From assembly GCF_006345805.1 (NCBI RefSeq), contig NW_021833229.1, forward strand, positions 1 through 64,000: a stretch of 64,000 nucleotides of DNA. The letters run 5' to 3'. Of this stretch, positions 13,469-27,159 are shown in pieces. The stretch is from Octopus sinensis (Eukaryota). The notes under the pieces were generated by a model that saw only the letters and a list, made by a program, of their open reading frames with translations, was not told where the DNA came from and did not search any database. Position 1 is the first letter of the stretch, and every line of letters begins with the position of its first letter. A program made the position numbers and the translations under genes.

Positions 13469-13593
13469 ATCTTACAGGTGTTTCAGCCTGTAGATAAAGG
13501 TATCTCATTCTGCCTATATTAGTCAGATGTATTGAGGTAATATGCAGTTAAAAATGAGTTACTATATATATATCTCAAGGCCTCGTCAGAGAT
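13469..13593 (-). ncRNA. Hammerhead ribozyme motif with long stem II insert
   Basis: - strand atct-CTGACGA-ggcct...aggct-GAAA-cacctg-TA-agat. Confidence 0.55.
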
Positions 13594-14409
13594 TATAAAG
13601 TACAATTATAAAAATATAAAAAATGCAAATATAAATATGAAGCAAAATACACCATACACAAGAGTATATGTATATATATATATATATATAATATATATAT
13701 ATATATTATATATATAATATATATATATATACATAAGTGTATTTACATATATATATATATATAAGGATTATGCATGTGGGGAAAGCTATTTTTGAGAACC
13801 TTGAGTTGTGTATGAGAAAGTAAGGAGGGATGTCAGGAAGGGAATCGCTATTGTACTTCCAGACAGTAAGGGTCTTCCTATGCAGCTGACATGCAGTGTC
13901 TGTGCAAGACACTGCCTCAGTAAAGCTGGACTCAAGAGTCATCTTCATACTCATATCTGTTAGGAAGGGAGTGTGAAGGCATGTGGAAGGGAGTGTAATC
14001 CTTATATATATATATATATATACATACACATATAATATATAGGGTAAATTCACAAAAAAACAAAAGATGAAGACAGGTGGTGTAGACAACAAACAGATGT
14101 ATTAGTATAACGCTCGGGAAGTGAAAAGGTCCTTAACGTTTTGAGCTTACGCTCTTGCACAGAAAGAAACAAGGAAAGAAAATTAAGAATGTGTAGTGGC
14201 TAGTGATCTATCATGGCGAATGCTGGACAGAAGGGTTACACAGGAGAGCTAGGGAGAATGGGAGATAGTAAAGTAGTGGTGATCCAAAAACGAAGGTGCC
14301 CATGCATGTGCATAAGAGAGTTTGTATGTGTGTGGTGGAAGAGGGCTGATGATCTTGATGTGTGTATGTGTAGGTGTGAAAATGTGGTCAGTGCTGATGT
14401 GTGCATGAT

Positions 14410-14527
14410 GGCGTGTGGTACCTTGGGCAGGTATCTTCTACTATAGCCTCGGCCGACCAAAGCCTTGTGAGTGGATTTGGTAGATGGAAACTGAAAGAAG
14501 CCTGCCATATATTGTGTGTATATATAT

Positions 14528-14595
<68 letters not shown>

Positions 14596-14820
14596 TATGT
14601 ACGTGTGTGTGTGTATATGTTTATGTGTCTATGTTTGTCCCCCAAATATCGCTTGACAACCGATGCTGGTGTGTTTACGTCCCTGTGACTTAGCAGTTCA
14701 GCATAAATGACCGATACAATAAGTACTAGGCTTACAAAGAATAAGTCCTGGAGTTGATTTGCTCGACTAAAGGCAGTGCTCCAGCATGGCCACAGTCAAA
14801 TGACTGAAACAAGTAAAAGA
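14410..14820 (+). mobile_element. SINE family B, 5'-truncated
   Basis: Body and tail gtcaaatgactgaaacaagtaaaaga. Confidence 0.85.
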
Positions 14821-15019
14821 ATACATATATATATTGTTGTAATTTACAGAAAAACAGATGACAACATACACATATGTTTTAGTTGTTTGTGATATTGTCT
14901 GATTTGTAAGTTTCCCACTGTAAATCCTCACTGACCGTTGTCTCTGTATTGTAGTAAATATTTTTGCGTCTTTTGTGGCCAATTATTTTCATTATTATTG
15001 GTATTGTTGCTGTTGTTGA

Positions 15020-15061
<42 letters not shown>

Positions 15062-15112
15062 CATCATCATTGTCATTATTATTATTATTGTTAATTTTTC
15101 TATGTTTTTCAG

Positions 15113-16723
15113 AGACCCGAATCGGAATTGCGGTTTGACAATAGGGCAGCACAAGGAGAGCCAACAAATAGAATAGCCGAAACTATGATTGAGAACAGTC
15201 GGAATTTCCCCTCTTCTGGAAATACTGCATTTCTCGTGCCTTCCATTTCAGCCACTCCAATGCCACCATCATTGACATCATTTTCTCAGTCACAGTCTAT
15301 GACAGCACCCCTTCTAACAACACCATCTATCGATGGAACCCTGTCCTATTCAGACAACAAACACCACCCTTACCCTCCAATACCTCTTAGACAAAGAGAC
15401 TTACCAGCTTCCTTTTGGCAGGAGCCAAACTCACAAACCAGACAACGCTGTCTTGACCACTTAGCAGCGGCTGCTGCTGGACTATCTCATACCTCTCTCC
15501 AATCTCGTTCTTCCACACTTTCAGGATCTTCTCAATTAGCATCAAATTCTTTCCTGTCTTCATCTCCAATGTCTTCCAGTAACTCTCATTTCCTTCCCTT
15601 CCTTGCACTCTATCCAGATCTTATGTTGTCCAACACTGCTTTTAATCGTTATGTGCGCCGACCCTCTCAGCTGAATCCAGCAGGAGATCTTGCATCATCA
15701 ACTCCCTTGAATAGACTCAAGGGTGGAACTTTAAACAGTAGCATTGGTGATGCTGTCCAACAGAATGGAAGATTAAATCCATACAGTGCTCAAAGGACTC
15801 AGTCACGTTTCCCAATTACAGAATATCTTTACAATATGTACGGTTCTAAATATCGCTATGCAAACCCTGTTGTTTTACAGCAAACTCCACCACTTTCTGA
15901 GAAAACCTGGGATGATGTACGTATCAAAATGATTGAAGCTAATAACAGGAGTAATACTCACCACTCCACTGAAGCCAATGAGAAGTTAAACTCTAATAAA
16001 AACTCTAAACATGACGACATAGTAAACAACCCTATTAACAGCCAAATATATTTGAAACGGAGGGCTTCTGATAACCACATCAAGTCATTGGATGACAGCG
16101 TTCTGCCATTATTGTCTTTGCAGTCATTGCAAACCTCATCCTCCTCTTCCTCTCCAACTGATAAAAATGCTACTATTAAAACAGCTGGCACTGCTCTCTC
16201 TGAGAGAGCTGCTGACTTTAGTTTGCGGTTGTCAGACTGTTATAAATCATCAACCAAACATTCGCCCCATTCTCGCCTTTCTGATGGCATGCTCTTTGAT
16301 AATTCTGTAAATGACAGTGACCAGCTGAACAATGCTCGGTGTGTCTGCTGTGATGTTCTGAAAGATTCCTGTCCAAATCAACCAAAAAGAAACAACAGTA
16401 ACAGCCTTAGCCAGACCAATAATGGAACATCTGTGAGCACAGCCACAAATGACAATGCTACTCTTGCTACCACTAATAATTCCTCAAATCCTGGTGAACT
16501 TGGCTTTCTTCCATATTTCCAGGTTTTCCCCCACCTGTGGCCACCATTTCCTCCCCCTCTACCTCCTTCAGCAAGTCTATCTTTAGCAGCAACAGCTACA
16601 GCCAGGGAAAGATATCTCCCAGATAATATATATGCCTACAGTAATCAAGAACGTAGCATCCGTTTAATGAGGCCCAGAAGCACTCTAGGAGCTCGCTACC
16701 ATCCCTTTGGTGATGTTCGTTAA
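15113..16723 (+). CDS. Terminal coding exon of a Ser/Asn/Pro-rich, probably disordered protein with a TEAD-binding omega-loop motif (FAM181/YAP-like)
   Basis: 1.6-kb non-repetitive open frame; pyrimidine-rich acceptor tatgtttttcAG at 15101-15112 in phase 0 (RPESELRFDN..); motif IPLRQRDLPASFWQEP at 15380-15427; C-terminal RYHPF; stop TAA 16721-16723. Upstream exons not identified. Confidence 0.8.
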   Translation, partial: RPESELRFDNRAAQGEPTNRIAETMIENSRNFPSSGNTAFLVPSISATPMPPSLTSFSQSQSMTAPLLTTPSIDGTLSYSDNKHHPYPPIPLRQRDLPASFWQEPNSQTRQRCLDHLAAAAAGLSHTSLQSRSSTLSGSSQLASNSFLSSSPMSSSNSHFLPFLALYPDLMLSNTAFNRYVRRPSQLNPAGDLASSTPLNRLKGGTLNSSIGDAVQQNGRLNPYSAQRTQSRFPITEYLYNMYGSKYRYANPVVLQQTPPLSEKTWDDVRIKMIEANNRSNTHHSTEANEKLNSNKNSKHDDIVNNPINSQIYLKRRASDNHIKSLDDSVLPLLSLQSLQTSSSSSSPTDKNATIKTAGTALSERAADFSLRLSDCYKSSTKHSPHSRLSDGMLFDNSVNDSDQLNNARCVCCDVLKDSCPNQPKRNNSNSLSQTNNGTSVSTATNDNATLATTNNSSNPGELGFLPYFQVFPHLWPPFPPPLPPSASLSLAATATARERYLPDNIYAYSNQERSIRLMRPRSTLGARYHPFGDVR

Positions 16724-16785
16724 AACAATTATATTTATAAGATAACAAATCGATATATGTGTGTAGGTGTGTGTTTGTATGGTTG

Positions 16786-16833
<48 letters not shown>

Positions 16834-17123
16834 TATACATTTATATATATATACACACACACATACATACATTATATATATATGTATGTGTGTGTAATAT
16901 ATATATATATGCATACATACATACATACATACATACACAACACACATATGCATATATGGTTTATTAAAACTGAATTTTTATCACATGATTTGAGTTTTAA
17001 CCCACCTTCATCTTCAGGCAAGAAGGCCTCAGTCAGTAGTGTGAAACTCAAATTGCAAGTTAAAATTTAAGTGTCAATGAACCACATACTCTACAACATA
17101 TATTTAGCCCAATTCAATGTTTG

Positions 17124-17168
<45 letters not shown>

Positions 17169-17169
17169 T

Positions 17170-17215
<46 letters not shown>

Positions 17216-17350
17216 ATATATATGTGTGTATGTATATATATGTGTGTATGTATATATTGTGTGTATAATATATATGTGTATGTATATATATAATATGTGT
17301 GTATATATATGTATATGTATGTATGTATATATATATATATATATATGTAT

Positions 17351-17403
<53 letters not shown>

Positions 17404-17809
17404 AGTGTATGTATTATATTTATGTTTGTGTGTATGTACAGAGCAGGGAAGAGAATTTAGAAAAATAAAAAAAAAAAGCTGCTCCTCCCAAACAACTAAA
17501 TTTTACAAATGTACCCGAAAATATGTGACAAAATTACTTCATAAATGATTAATGGAAAAACAAAAACCATATGAAAAAGAAAGTGAAAGTAAAAAAAAAA
17601 AAAACAAACAAGTGGGATTAAATATATCTTTTATCCAATTGGAAATATGTTTTTGGCTGCACTGTATATTTTTCATCACAAATTTGACTGACTGAATAAA
17701 GGTTTAAAGAATATGAGAGAGAAAGAGTGAGAGAGATAAGGGAGAGAGAGGGGGGAGAGAGTGGAAAACAAGAGGAGAAAAATAGTGAGCATAATAATAA
17801 TAATAGTAA

Positions 17810-18030
17810 TGATCTTTTCTACTCTAGGCACAGGGCCTGAAATTTTGGGGGTGGGGGTGGCTAGTTGATTACATTGATCCCAGTGCTTCACAAGTACTTA
17901 TTTTATTGACCCTGAAAGGAAGAAAGGCAAAGTCAATGTTCGTGGAGTTTGAACTCAAGATGTAAGGATGGATGACATGCCACTAAGCATTTTGCCTGGC
18001 ATGCTAACAATTCTGTTAACTCACCACTTT
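17810..18030 (-). mobile_element. Nin-like SINE, CpG-decayed, flanked by (AAT)n
   Basis: ttgaccctgaaaggaagaaaggcaaagtc..tttgaactc. Confidence 0.75.
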
Positions 18031-18346
18031 AATAATAATAATAATAATAATAATAATGCCTAACATTGATAATATTAATAAATAGTAATAATAATAATGA
18101 TAATTAAATAAGCAAAAAAATATCTGAAATATCAAAACTTAATTAAAAGATAGAAATTTTTCTGTTAATTCATATGATCAAAATTGTGTTAATGATTTTA
18201 CAAGTTAATGAGCCAAGTTTTTTTTTTTGTAAATGTCCTCAATCAAAACAATTAAAACAAACAAAATAACTCCATTTACGGTTCTGTACAAAGGTGTTGA
18301 TTAAATAGTTATAGCATTATGTCTAAGGCCATGATGGAGCAGATTT

Positions 18347-18412
<66 letters not shown>

Positions 18413-18559
18413 ATATATTATACATGTGTACATACTTGTACATGTATATGTGTGTCTGTGCATGCCACATGGAGTATATATGTATACATTTATATGTGTA
18501 AATGTGTATGTATTGAGTGCCATAGATATTAGGTAGAGGAAGCAAAATCACAATATTAT

Positions 18560-18740
18560 TTTTAGTAAAAATGACAAAGATAACCAGATTGAGATTGAAT
18601 ACATAAATAATTTTTTTGATAATAGGCGCCTTAGAAATGATTAAAACACAGAACAAATACATAACTAAAATCCCAGGACTTACTGACACATATAACAGAT
18701 ATAAAATAGCCCTACTTGGTATTGTACACATGTAAATATT
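18560..18740 (+). mobile_element. Highly diverged R4/Dong-like 3' coding fragment
   Basis: IIGALEMIK...KIALLG resembles 49480-49630. Confidence 0.5.
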
Positions 18741-18840
18741 GCATAGAGTACTGCAGAATATATATATATATAAATTGACAGAATGAGATTAAAAAAAAAA
18801 CCAAGGCAGTAAATAGACTTCATAACATTTATCAAGGAAA

Positions 18841-18892
18841 GGTCTTACAGCTGTTTCCAGGATATTTTATATATATCCCTTCATCAGAATCG
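18841..18892 (-). ncRNA. Hammerhead ribozyme motif (stem I weak)
   Basis: - strand CTGATGA-agggatat..atatcctg-GAAA-cagctg-TA with palindromic stem III. Confidence 0.5.
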
Positions 18893-21800
18893 GTGTGAGA
18901 CAATGTTTGATATATTCTTAGGTAGTATATGTAATATTTATTCATATACAGAAACTTTAACAACTAGGTACACATATTGTATCATTACCTTCAGTAGAAA
19001 ACGAAATACTGGTTATACCCAAGGTACATGGAATTACATTCAACGCAGTGGGAGTGTGCAATTAAAAACTGCTGAACAACAACAACTACAACAATTTCTA
19101 GAGTAGGCATAAGACCATAAATTGTTGGGAGGTGTTAATTGGGCCCCAGTTTTTTTTTATTGGTACTTGTATTTTATCAACTGTCAATTCTCCAGAGGAA
19201 TGAATAGCATTTGAACTCAGAATCTTTATTCCAGGGCCTTATATTTGGTGGTCAGCTGATTCTGTCTATCCATACAATGATAATAATAATATAATTATAA
19301 TGATAATAATCTGTGACTACAATTTTTTATGTGTCTTACCCTTTTCTGTAAGATGGTAGGAAGATATGGCTCTTAATTCTAGAAGTTTCATCAACTGCAT
19401 AGAAACTCCCTCTCATTGACTTCATTTGTAGTTTACTTCTGTTGTAATATTCTCAGAATATTAAGGGTCTGCAATGGAAACTTCAAAAACTGCAATGATT
19501 TTGCGAGACACTGATGATTTTTTTTTAATTAAAGAGGGAAGTGGTTTTAAATGAATGGCTGAACGTGATGTAAGGAGTCAACTGGAGTGTAGAAAAGGAA
19601 TTAGCCCAAAACGCCTAAGGAGTTATCCATTTCCTTCTACTTAATCATCAAACAATTTTTCTCATGAATAGTTGGATAAAAAAATAAACAGCAACATCAT
19701 CAACTAATTCAATAGGTCATCAGTATATCTGACAGCTGAAAGTATATATTTAATGCCTTCAATACCAATCTACTTGAGATTGCTTCCGGTCTCATTCTGC
19801 TATCCAACCTTACATCATCTTAGGTTCCCTGTTACAAATACACCAAAACTGCTGATATTGAAATTAAATTCCAACCCAAAGCATATGAAAACTTGAAATT
19901 TCAATAAGTAAAAGTTTCATAATAGTTTTTTTTTTTTTTTTACATGAAAACCTTTTGTTAAGCTGTGTTTCAAAATACCAACTTAATATACCAGAATATT
20001 AGATTACAGTTAGTTATCTAAACTTTATCCCAAAATAATTGAATCATATAGGCAGTGTATTGTTGTTTGGAATAGGGTCATTAAAATGCTAAAACATTTA
20101 TATATCTAAAATATATTTAGTCTTGATGTAGTGTAAATGTTAAGTGGAAATTTCACTATCGCTCATGTGACCTGTCAAAACTTAAGATTTATGTACCAAA
20201 ATTTTATTCTATAGCAAGATTAAGGATGTTTTCTGTATAAAAAAATATGTTTTTAATATATATTTGTTTTCATATACTGAAGCAATTTCTTGCAAATCTA
20301 ATTAAGATGATAAATACAATGTTTATATTATTAAAAATATCTGAATTGTTCAAATTTTAACCATTTGAAACTTCTCCTTTTTTTGAAAAGAATGGTGGAA
20401 TTCTGAAATAAATATCATAAAATTTAATCCTTTTCTACTTACTCAGCTCAATTTTGGAGGGTCAACTGAGTGAGCTTTTCTCAATCCTGGATCTGATTTT
20501 AAAAAAATAGGATAAGTCATGTATTAATGTCAATTCAGTTGACTACCCCTTTCCCCACTGCTGCCATTTCCCTTCTTATAAACACATCACATTTGTACCA
20601 ATGATAGAAATTATTATTTAGATTCATTGCGCTATGTTCTGGGTTCAAATTCTACAACTAGTATGTTTGCCATTAATGCCTCCCCACCAATAAAATCAAT
20701 AAATTGTCAATATCAATCTTGTATCAATGTTCAACAATCAATATTTTACTTTTTTTTTTTTACAAACAATTCATTTGTCCAGTTGATGTTAAATTTCCAT
20801 TTATTTTCATAATCTCCTCATTCTGCATCTCAGAAATGGTAGGGTGGCTGGAATTTCAAATATAATTCTTCCAATATTTACCAGGTTTCTTCTTGAATTA
20901 ATTAGATTGTCTTTGTCTTGCCGGTCTTGTAATTAGTAATTAGATCCTCTTTAAATTAATCTTGGTATGAACTTTTATTGTCTCATTAATTTCACTCTCT
21001 CCTCTCCCACCTTGCTCCCCTTCTCTCTCTCACTCTTTGTTTATATAAGCATATTGCCTTGAGGTTTGATGGATGATCAACAAGTCCCGAAAGGGGTCAA
21101 CAGACCCTAGAGGTTCCTGGCCCTTGATTGATAAGACTATACAAAACAAAAGACATTCAAATTATTTATTTCTAGTCAAAAAAATTTTTCATATTTTTTG
21201 TTCTATTTTTGTTTTGTTTTTCATTTTCTAATTCTTTTTTTTTCCAATTTTTCCACTAAATATACATTTATAATAAATGACCCATTTAAAGGATTTTTTA
21301 TTCATTTTATTTTTGTTTTGTCTTATATTTTGTTTTTAATGAACATATTCCTCCAATATGACAGGAAACTAATACATTTTAAAATGAAAATAATTTTTTT
21401 AAATCTGTGTTGTAGTATAGACCTAGATCATTCTTATCTTCATCTTAATCTTCACCACCACCATCATAGTAGCTTCCAGTACCATCAATATTATAATCAC
21501 CATCAATACTACAACAACCACCACCATAAACTCAATCACTGCTTCTGCTAACAAGACAAAAACTAACATCAATGTAACAAGTGCCATCACTGTCACCACT
21601 ACCATAAGCAAATGGGTTAGCTGCAATGTGGTTGTTTAACCTGCTTGAAATAGCAGCCAAACTTCTCTCAAATCTCACATTATTGTCTTATAAACAAGAC
21701 ACTGTAGATCACACAACACCTGATTGGGAAAAAAAAACTTTAATAATAGCAGGTCTGGTAAATTAGAGCTAAACAACAGAACTACCACTATCACTGATGT

Positions 21801-22073
21801 TGATTTTTGATTAGGTAAACTAATATTACTAGCTTACTGGATAACAGTATACATACATATACTTTACATAATCATGGTTGGGAAGCAAGATTTTTAACCA
21901 CACAGCCACGTGTGTACCTCATATATATATATATAAAGACATTTGAGTAGGTGCAATACAGTGGGTTGAATTCTTGGTCATTATAGCAAAGCAAACTTAA
22001 CTATTCAACCAGTAGTATCCCTTTCTGTCTTACTCTGTGTGAGTGTATACATACACATAGATAAATAGTGTGA

Positions 22074-22106
<33 letters not shown>

Positions 22107-24234
22107 AAATACAAAATGGGACAAGAATGCAAAACATCCATACAGGTGATACAAAAAGGGACAACAAAACATCCAGATAGATGATACAAAGAAAACAAGG
22201 ACGGGTCATTCGAAGCCCTCTATCCTGAGTCAAGCACCAGATTATCCTCGCAATTTTGGCTGATTATTCTTGAGATTGCTCCAATCTAGCCAGCCCCAAG
22301 AAAAACTAAGCTAAGAGCATTATATATATATAGATATAGATATGTGTGTGTGCATGCGTATATATATATATATATATATACAGTAAATAAAGCAATTTAA
22401 AATTGCACCTCTTCACTCTATGTTATTTCTATACATATATGTAAATATAGATTTAGATATACTGACAGATAGATAGAGTTAACATATATTAGCAATATTC
22501 ACTGGTATTTAACTTTTTTTTTCTTTACACTTCAAAATTATCATTTCCAGTGGTAAACCAATGACACAAATTGGAAAATTTTTTGAGCTTTAGTTACCTA
22601 CACTTTCATCTCAGTACTAACAATTTTAAGGTTTGACTTATGCATATACGTAAGTGTGTGTGTATGTATGTATATACCTATTGTTTGATACTGAACAGTG
22701 CTAAATACAAATCAAAAGTACTAAATATGAACATAGAATTCAGTAGTTTGTTTAAGTCAGTCTAGTGTCTAAACTCTGGAGTTTCCACTGTATACAACCA
22801 CTTTTTCAAGTAAGTCAAAGTGGGCTATTTTGGCTTGTTTGAACACTATGAAAACTCTTGTGTAATAGGCAACTTAATTGGTACAAAACTAACGTGTGTT
22901 TGTGTGTGCATGTGTATTGATTGAAAAGGAACTGTTTTAGATGATGGTTTGGTTGGTACAGTATATCAGTAAACAATTAGAATTTTTGTGACCATGTGTT
23001 AGCTTGAATGAAATGTCATTATTGTTAGAGATATTAGTGTTAAATAATTCAGTTTAGAGAGTTTATAGGAAGTAAATAGTTGTGAAAAGTTGGGTGTAGA
23101 AAAGTAAGTGATTTTAATGGTATTTCAAATTATGTTGTGATGTAAAATGTTTCTCAACTAGGCTTAAGAAAGTTTTTGCAATGGGTGTAGCTAATGTTTG
23201 GTGAAAGACTTTCCAAACCCACTCTGGAGAATCGACTCTTCACCACCCAGCGCAACATCTGGAATTTGAAGACTAGAAATACAACATACATTGAGACATT
23301 TTAAGTAGTACAGAAATAATAGACCCTGTAAAGATAGACTTTATTAATATCTTCACTCTCCACAAACATTTTGAAAGAATTTCATCCTGCATATGCAGAA
23401 TGCAAATTTCAGACAATAAAAGACTTTAACATACATGTGTAGGTATTATATATATATATATTGTAATTAACCTGCCTGATATAGTTCCATGTATCCCATT
23501 CTACACCAAATATACAATCATATGATCAAAATATATTCCACTGCAACTTTAATTTAATTGGTATGGCACCACACTAGGTAGGCTAAGAGATAAGCGTAAG
23601 TTACAAATTGATGCAAAGGCCATTTTACTTTATTTTTATTTTACTTTATTACATTTGTTTTTTTTTTCATTTATTGAGCTGCTTAACTGTTTGAAAGATA
23701 GACATTATTCACATGACCATCTAATTTGTTCTTGAACAATTCAGAGATGATTATATTTATCATTATTTGCCAGTGTTTAGAAAAAGGAGTCCTAATTTGA
23801 AATCAGTTTCATAGGAGATTGCATGAAACTCTCAGGACTTAGGTTTGTAACATCTTCCAATTTACATGTGTGTGTGTGCGTACATCTGCGTGTGTGTGTA
23901 TATATGAGGATAGAATTTCATAAATTAAGTACCTGTAGTGTTTAGGTCAATAGTTCATTTGAATACATTAACCCCTAGAAAAAATCTTTTTATATAGTGT
24001 ACACATGTGTATATATATATGTGCGTGTGTGTATATATGTGTATATATATGTGTGTTTGTTTATGTATAGATATATATATATATATGTATGTAATATACT
24101 CCATATAAGATTAGTGTATATTTAAACACAAGAGAGATGGCCTTATATGGAGAATATGTTTTCTATTGACTTTTTATACAGGCTAGGCCATTGGTAGTAA
24201 AATTTCTAAAAAACTTGCTATCCTATATATTTTA

Positions 24235-24245
24235 CATATATGTGT

Positions 24246-24279
<34 letters not shown>

Positions 24280-24444
24280 GTATATGTATGTATTTATATA
24301 TGTATGTATATGTATGTATTTATATATGTATGTATGTAATATGTATGTATATATATGTATATATATGTATGTATGTATATATATTGTATATATATATGTA
24401 TGTATGTATATATATGTATATATATGTATGTATGTATATATATG

Positions 24445-24475
<31 letters not shown>

Positions 24476-25665
24476 ATATATATGTATATATATATATATG
24501 CATACGTATTTATTTATTTATCACCCGACAAGATACATATGCACCACCAGATACTCCTGAACCAGTTTTTTTATGTGTCCCACAGGAGGAGTCGATGCTA
24601 GATGTGTCGAAACAATTGTAGTGATTAATAATATATTCTTGTATATTCCATCTTCTGTCTTTCATTTGTCATTTCTATATATGTATATATATATAAGTAT
24701 ATATGTATGTATATATATATGTGTGTGTGTGTATGTATATATATATATGTGTGTTTGTGTATATATATATATATGTATGTATGTATGTATGTATATATGT
24801 ATATATATATGTATATATGTATGTATATATATATGTATATATGTATGTATATATATATGTATATATGTATGTATATATATATGTATATATATATGTATAT
24901 GTATGTATATATATATGTATGTATATATATATGTATGTATATATATGTATATATATATATGTATGTATATATATGTATATATATATATGTATGTATATAT
25001 GTATGTATATACATATGTATGCATATATATATGTATGTATATACATATGTATGCATATATATATGTATGTATATGTATGTATGCATATATATATGTATGT
25101 ATATGTATGTATGTATATGTATATGTGTGTATATATATATGTGTGTGTGTGTATATATATATGTGTATATATATGTGTGTATATATATATATGTGTGTGT
25201 ATATATATATGTGTATATATATGTGTGTATATATATATATGTGTATATATATGTGTGTATATATATATATATGTGTATATATATATGTGTGTGTATATAT
25301 ATATGTGTGTGTATATATATATGTATGTATCTATATATATATATGTAGGTATATGTGTATGTATATGTCGGTGTATATATATGTAGGTATATGTATATAT
25401 ATGTAGGTATATGTATATATATATATATGTAGGTATATGTATATATATATATATATGTAGGTATATGTATATATATATATATATGTAGGTATATGTATAT
25501 ATATATATATATGTAGGTATAATGTATATATAATATATGTAGGTATATGTATATATATATATGTAGGTAATGTATATATATATATATATATTATGTAGGT
25601 ATATGTATATATATATATATATGTAGGTATATGTGTATATATATATGTAGGTATATGTATATATA
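24235..25665. repeat. Large compound (TA/TG/TATG) microsatellite with ~22-30 bp tatgtagg higher-order units at the 3' end
   Basis: Read directly; interrupted by unique sequence at ~24505-24675. Confidence 0.9.
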
Positions 25666-26185
25666 CATTTGTGTGTGAAAGTGTGTCTGTGCAGCCAAAA
25701 CAATATTTCATTGTTTGTAACAAAAGAATTTGTATATGTAAAACAAAATATATAGTACATAACTTGTTCTATCACTATTACTGATAATGGTGGTGGTGGT
25801 GGTGGTGGTGGTAGCAATGGTGGTCGTGGCGGTGACTTTAGTAGAGGTGGTGGTGGTGGTTGTGACAATGATGATGACGACGACGACGATGATGTTGATG
25901 ATGGTGATGAAAATTTTGATAATAATGATGATAGAGGTAAAGTGACGGTGATAATTATGATAATAATGATGATGGTGATGATGATGATGACATTTATACA
26001 TGCCTCAAAGGTCGTACAGATTCAGTCATTAGAATACACTGCAACACATGCAGATAAATGAACATATAAAATAATGATGATGACAATGGAGGTGGTGAAG
26101 TTGGTGGTGCTGATGATAGGAACTGAAAGAAAAAAGAACGACAATGGATGTAGAAAAGAATACAACATAAAAAAAAATCACAGTG

Positions 26186-26219
<34 letters not shown>

Positions 26220-27159
26220 GTATGATGCACACACAGATGTGTACATACATGCACTTACATATACATACATATTAGCATACATATTTATACATAAAAATAT
26301 ATGCCCGAATTCTGTAAAACTGCCGGCCTCAAAGATCTGTTCTAATAATATCTGTGTTCCACCACAGACTAACAATGTGTACAATATTACTTTATTAGTG
26401 CCAACGAAGTTTTACCTCTTCTATTCCTTATTTATTTTCATCAAGTTTTTTTTTTATTATTATTATTATTTTCCTGAAATGATCTCTAAAATTTTCATCA
26501 GATCTGGTAAACAACACTTTTTTCTAATATGAGGATAAATCCAAATGTGTAACTGAAAAAAAAAAAAAAAAAAAAGAAAAAACAAATTGTTGTTTTTCTT
26601 TATTTTTGTTGTTTATTTATATTTTTTGTAATTACTTTATTGTGAATGGGGTCAAAGTTGACATGTATCAAAAATAAAATGCTTTTTTTATAAAGAATTA
26701 CAGGTTACATGTAAACAATTTATAACCACTGCTCCATTAGGTGACATCTTTGAGTATCTGCAGAGTAATAGCTTAGAAAATCTACTATTTCAATCCAAAA
26801 GAGAGATTAGCTGATACCCACTCTGAGAATTCAATAAGTATTCAGAACAGTAAAAATATACGAGATGTTTCTAAAATTCAACATGTATGATAGAAAAGTC
26901 TGGACCAGAGTTGCAACACATGACACAACAAAGCTTGTGTGGGAGCTTTGTCACCTACATTAATGTGTGGCCCCAGACATCTCTGGTAAAAATGTCGAGG
27001 GGTTGAAACACCTGAAGAGCTGCTTCACTGCCTGATGAGATGTCGACTTCTACATTCAAGATGGAAACAGCAGCACACAAGTGTTTGTTCTAAAATTCTA
27101 ATGATGGACACTTCATTTCATTGTTAGAAACCTTAAAATGAATTTAAGGAATTAAAAAA

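Noticed and set aside
15128-15130. Start codon given for the 531-aa ORF
   Set aside because: It is TTG; the frame continues to a splice acceptor at 15112, so this is better read as an internal exon boundary (ATG at 15185 is a possible alternative)
15113-16723. Calling the gene yorkie/YAP or FAM181
   Set aside because: Only the short omega-loop matches; no WW domains seen and orthology cannot be established without a search, so no symbol assigned
24573-25868. Long ORFs of 213-397 aa (YI/CV/HT-rich)
   Set aside because: Translations of TA/TG microsatellites that lack stop codons; no real coding signal
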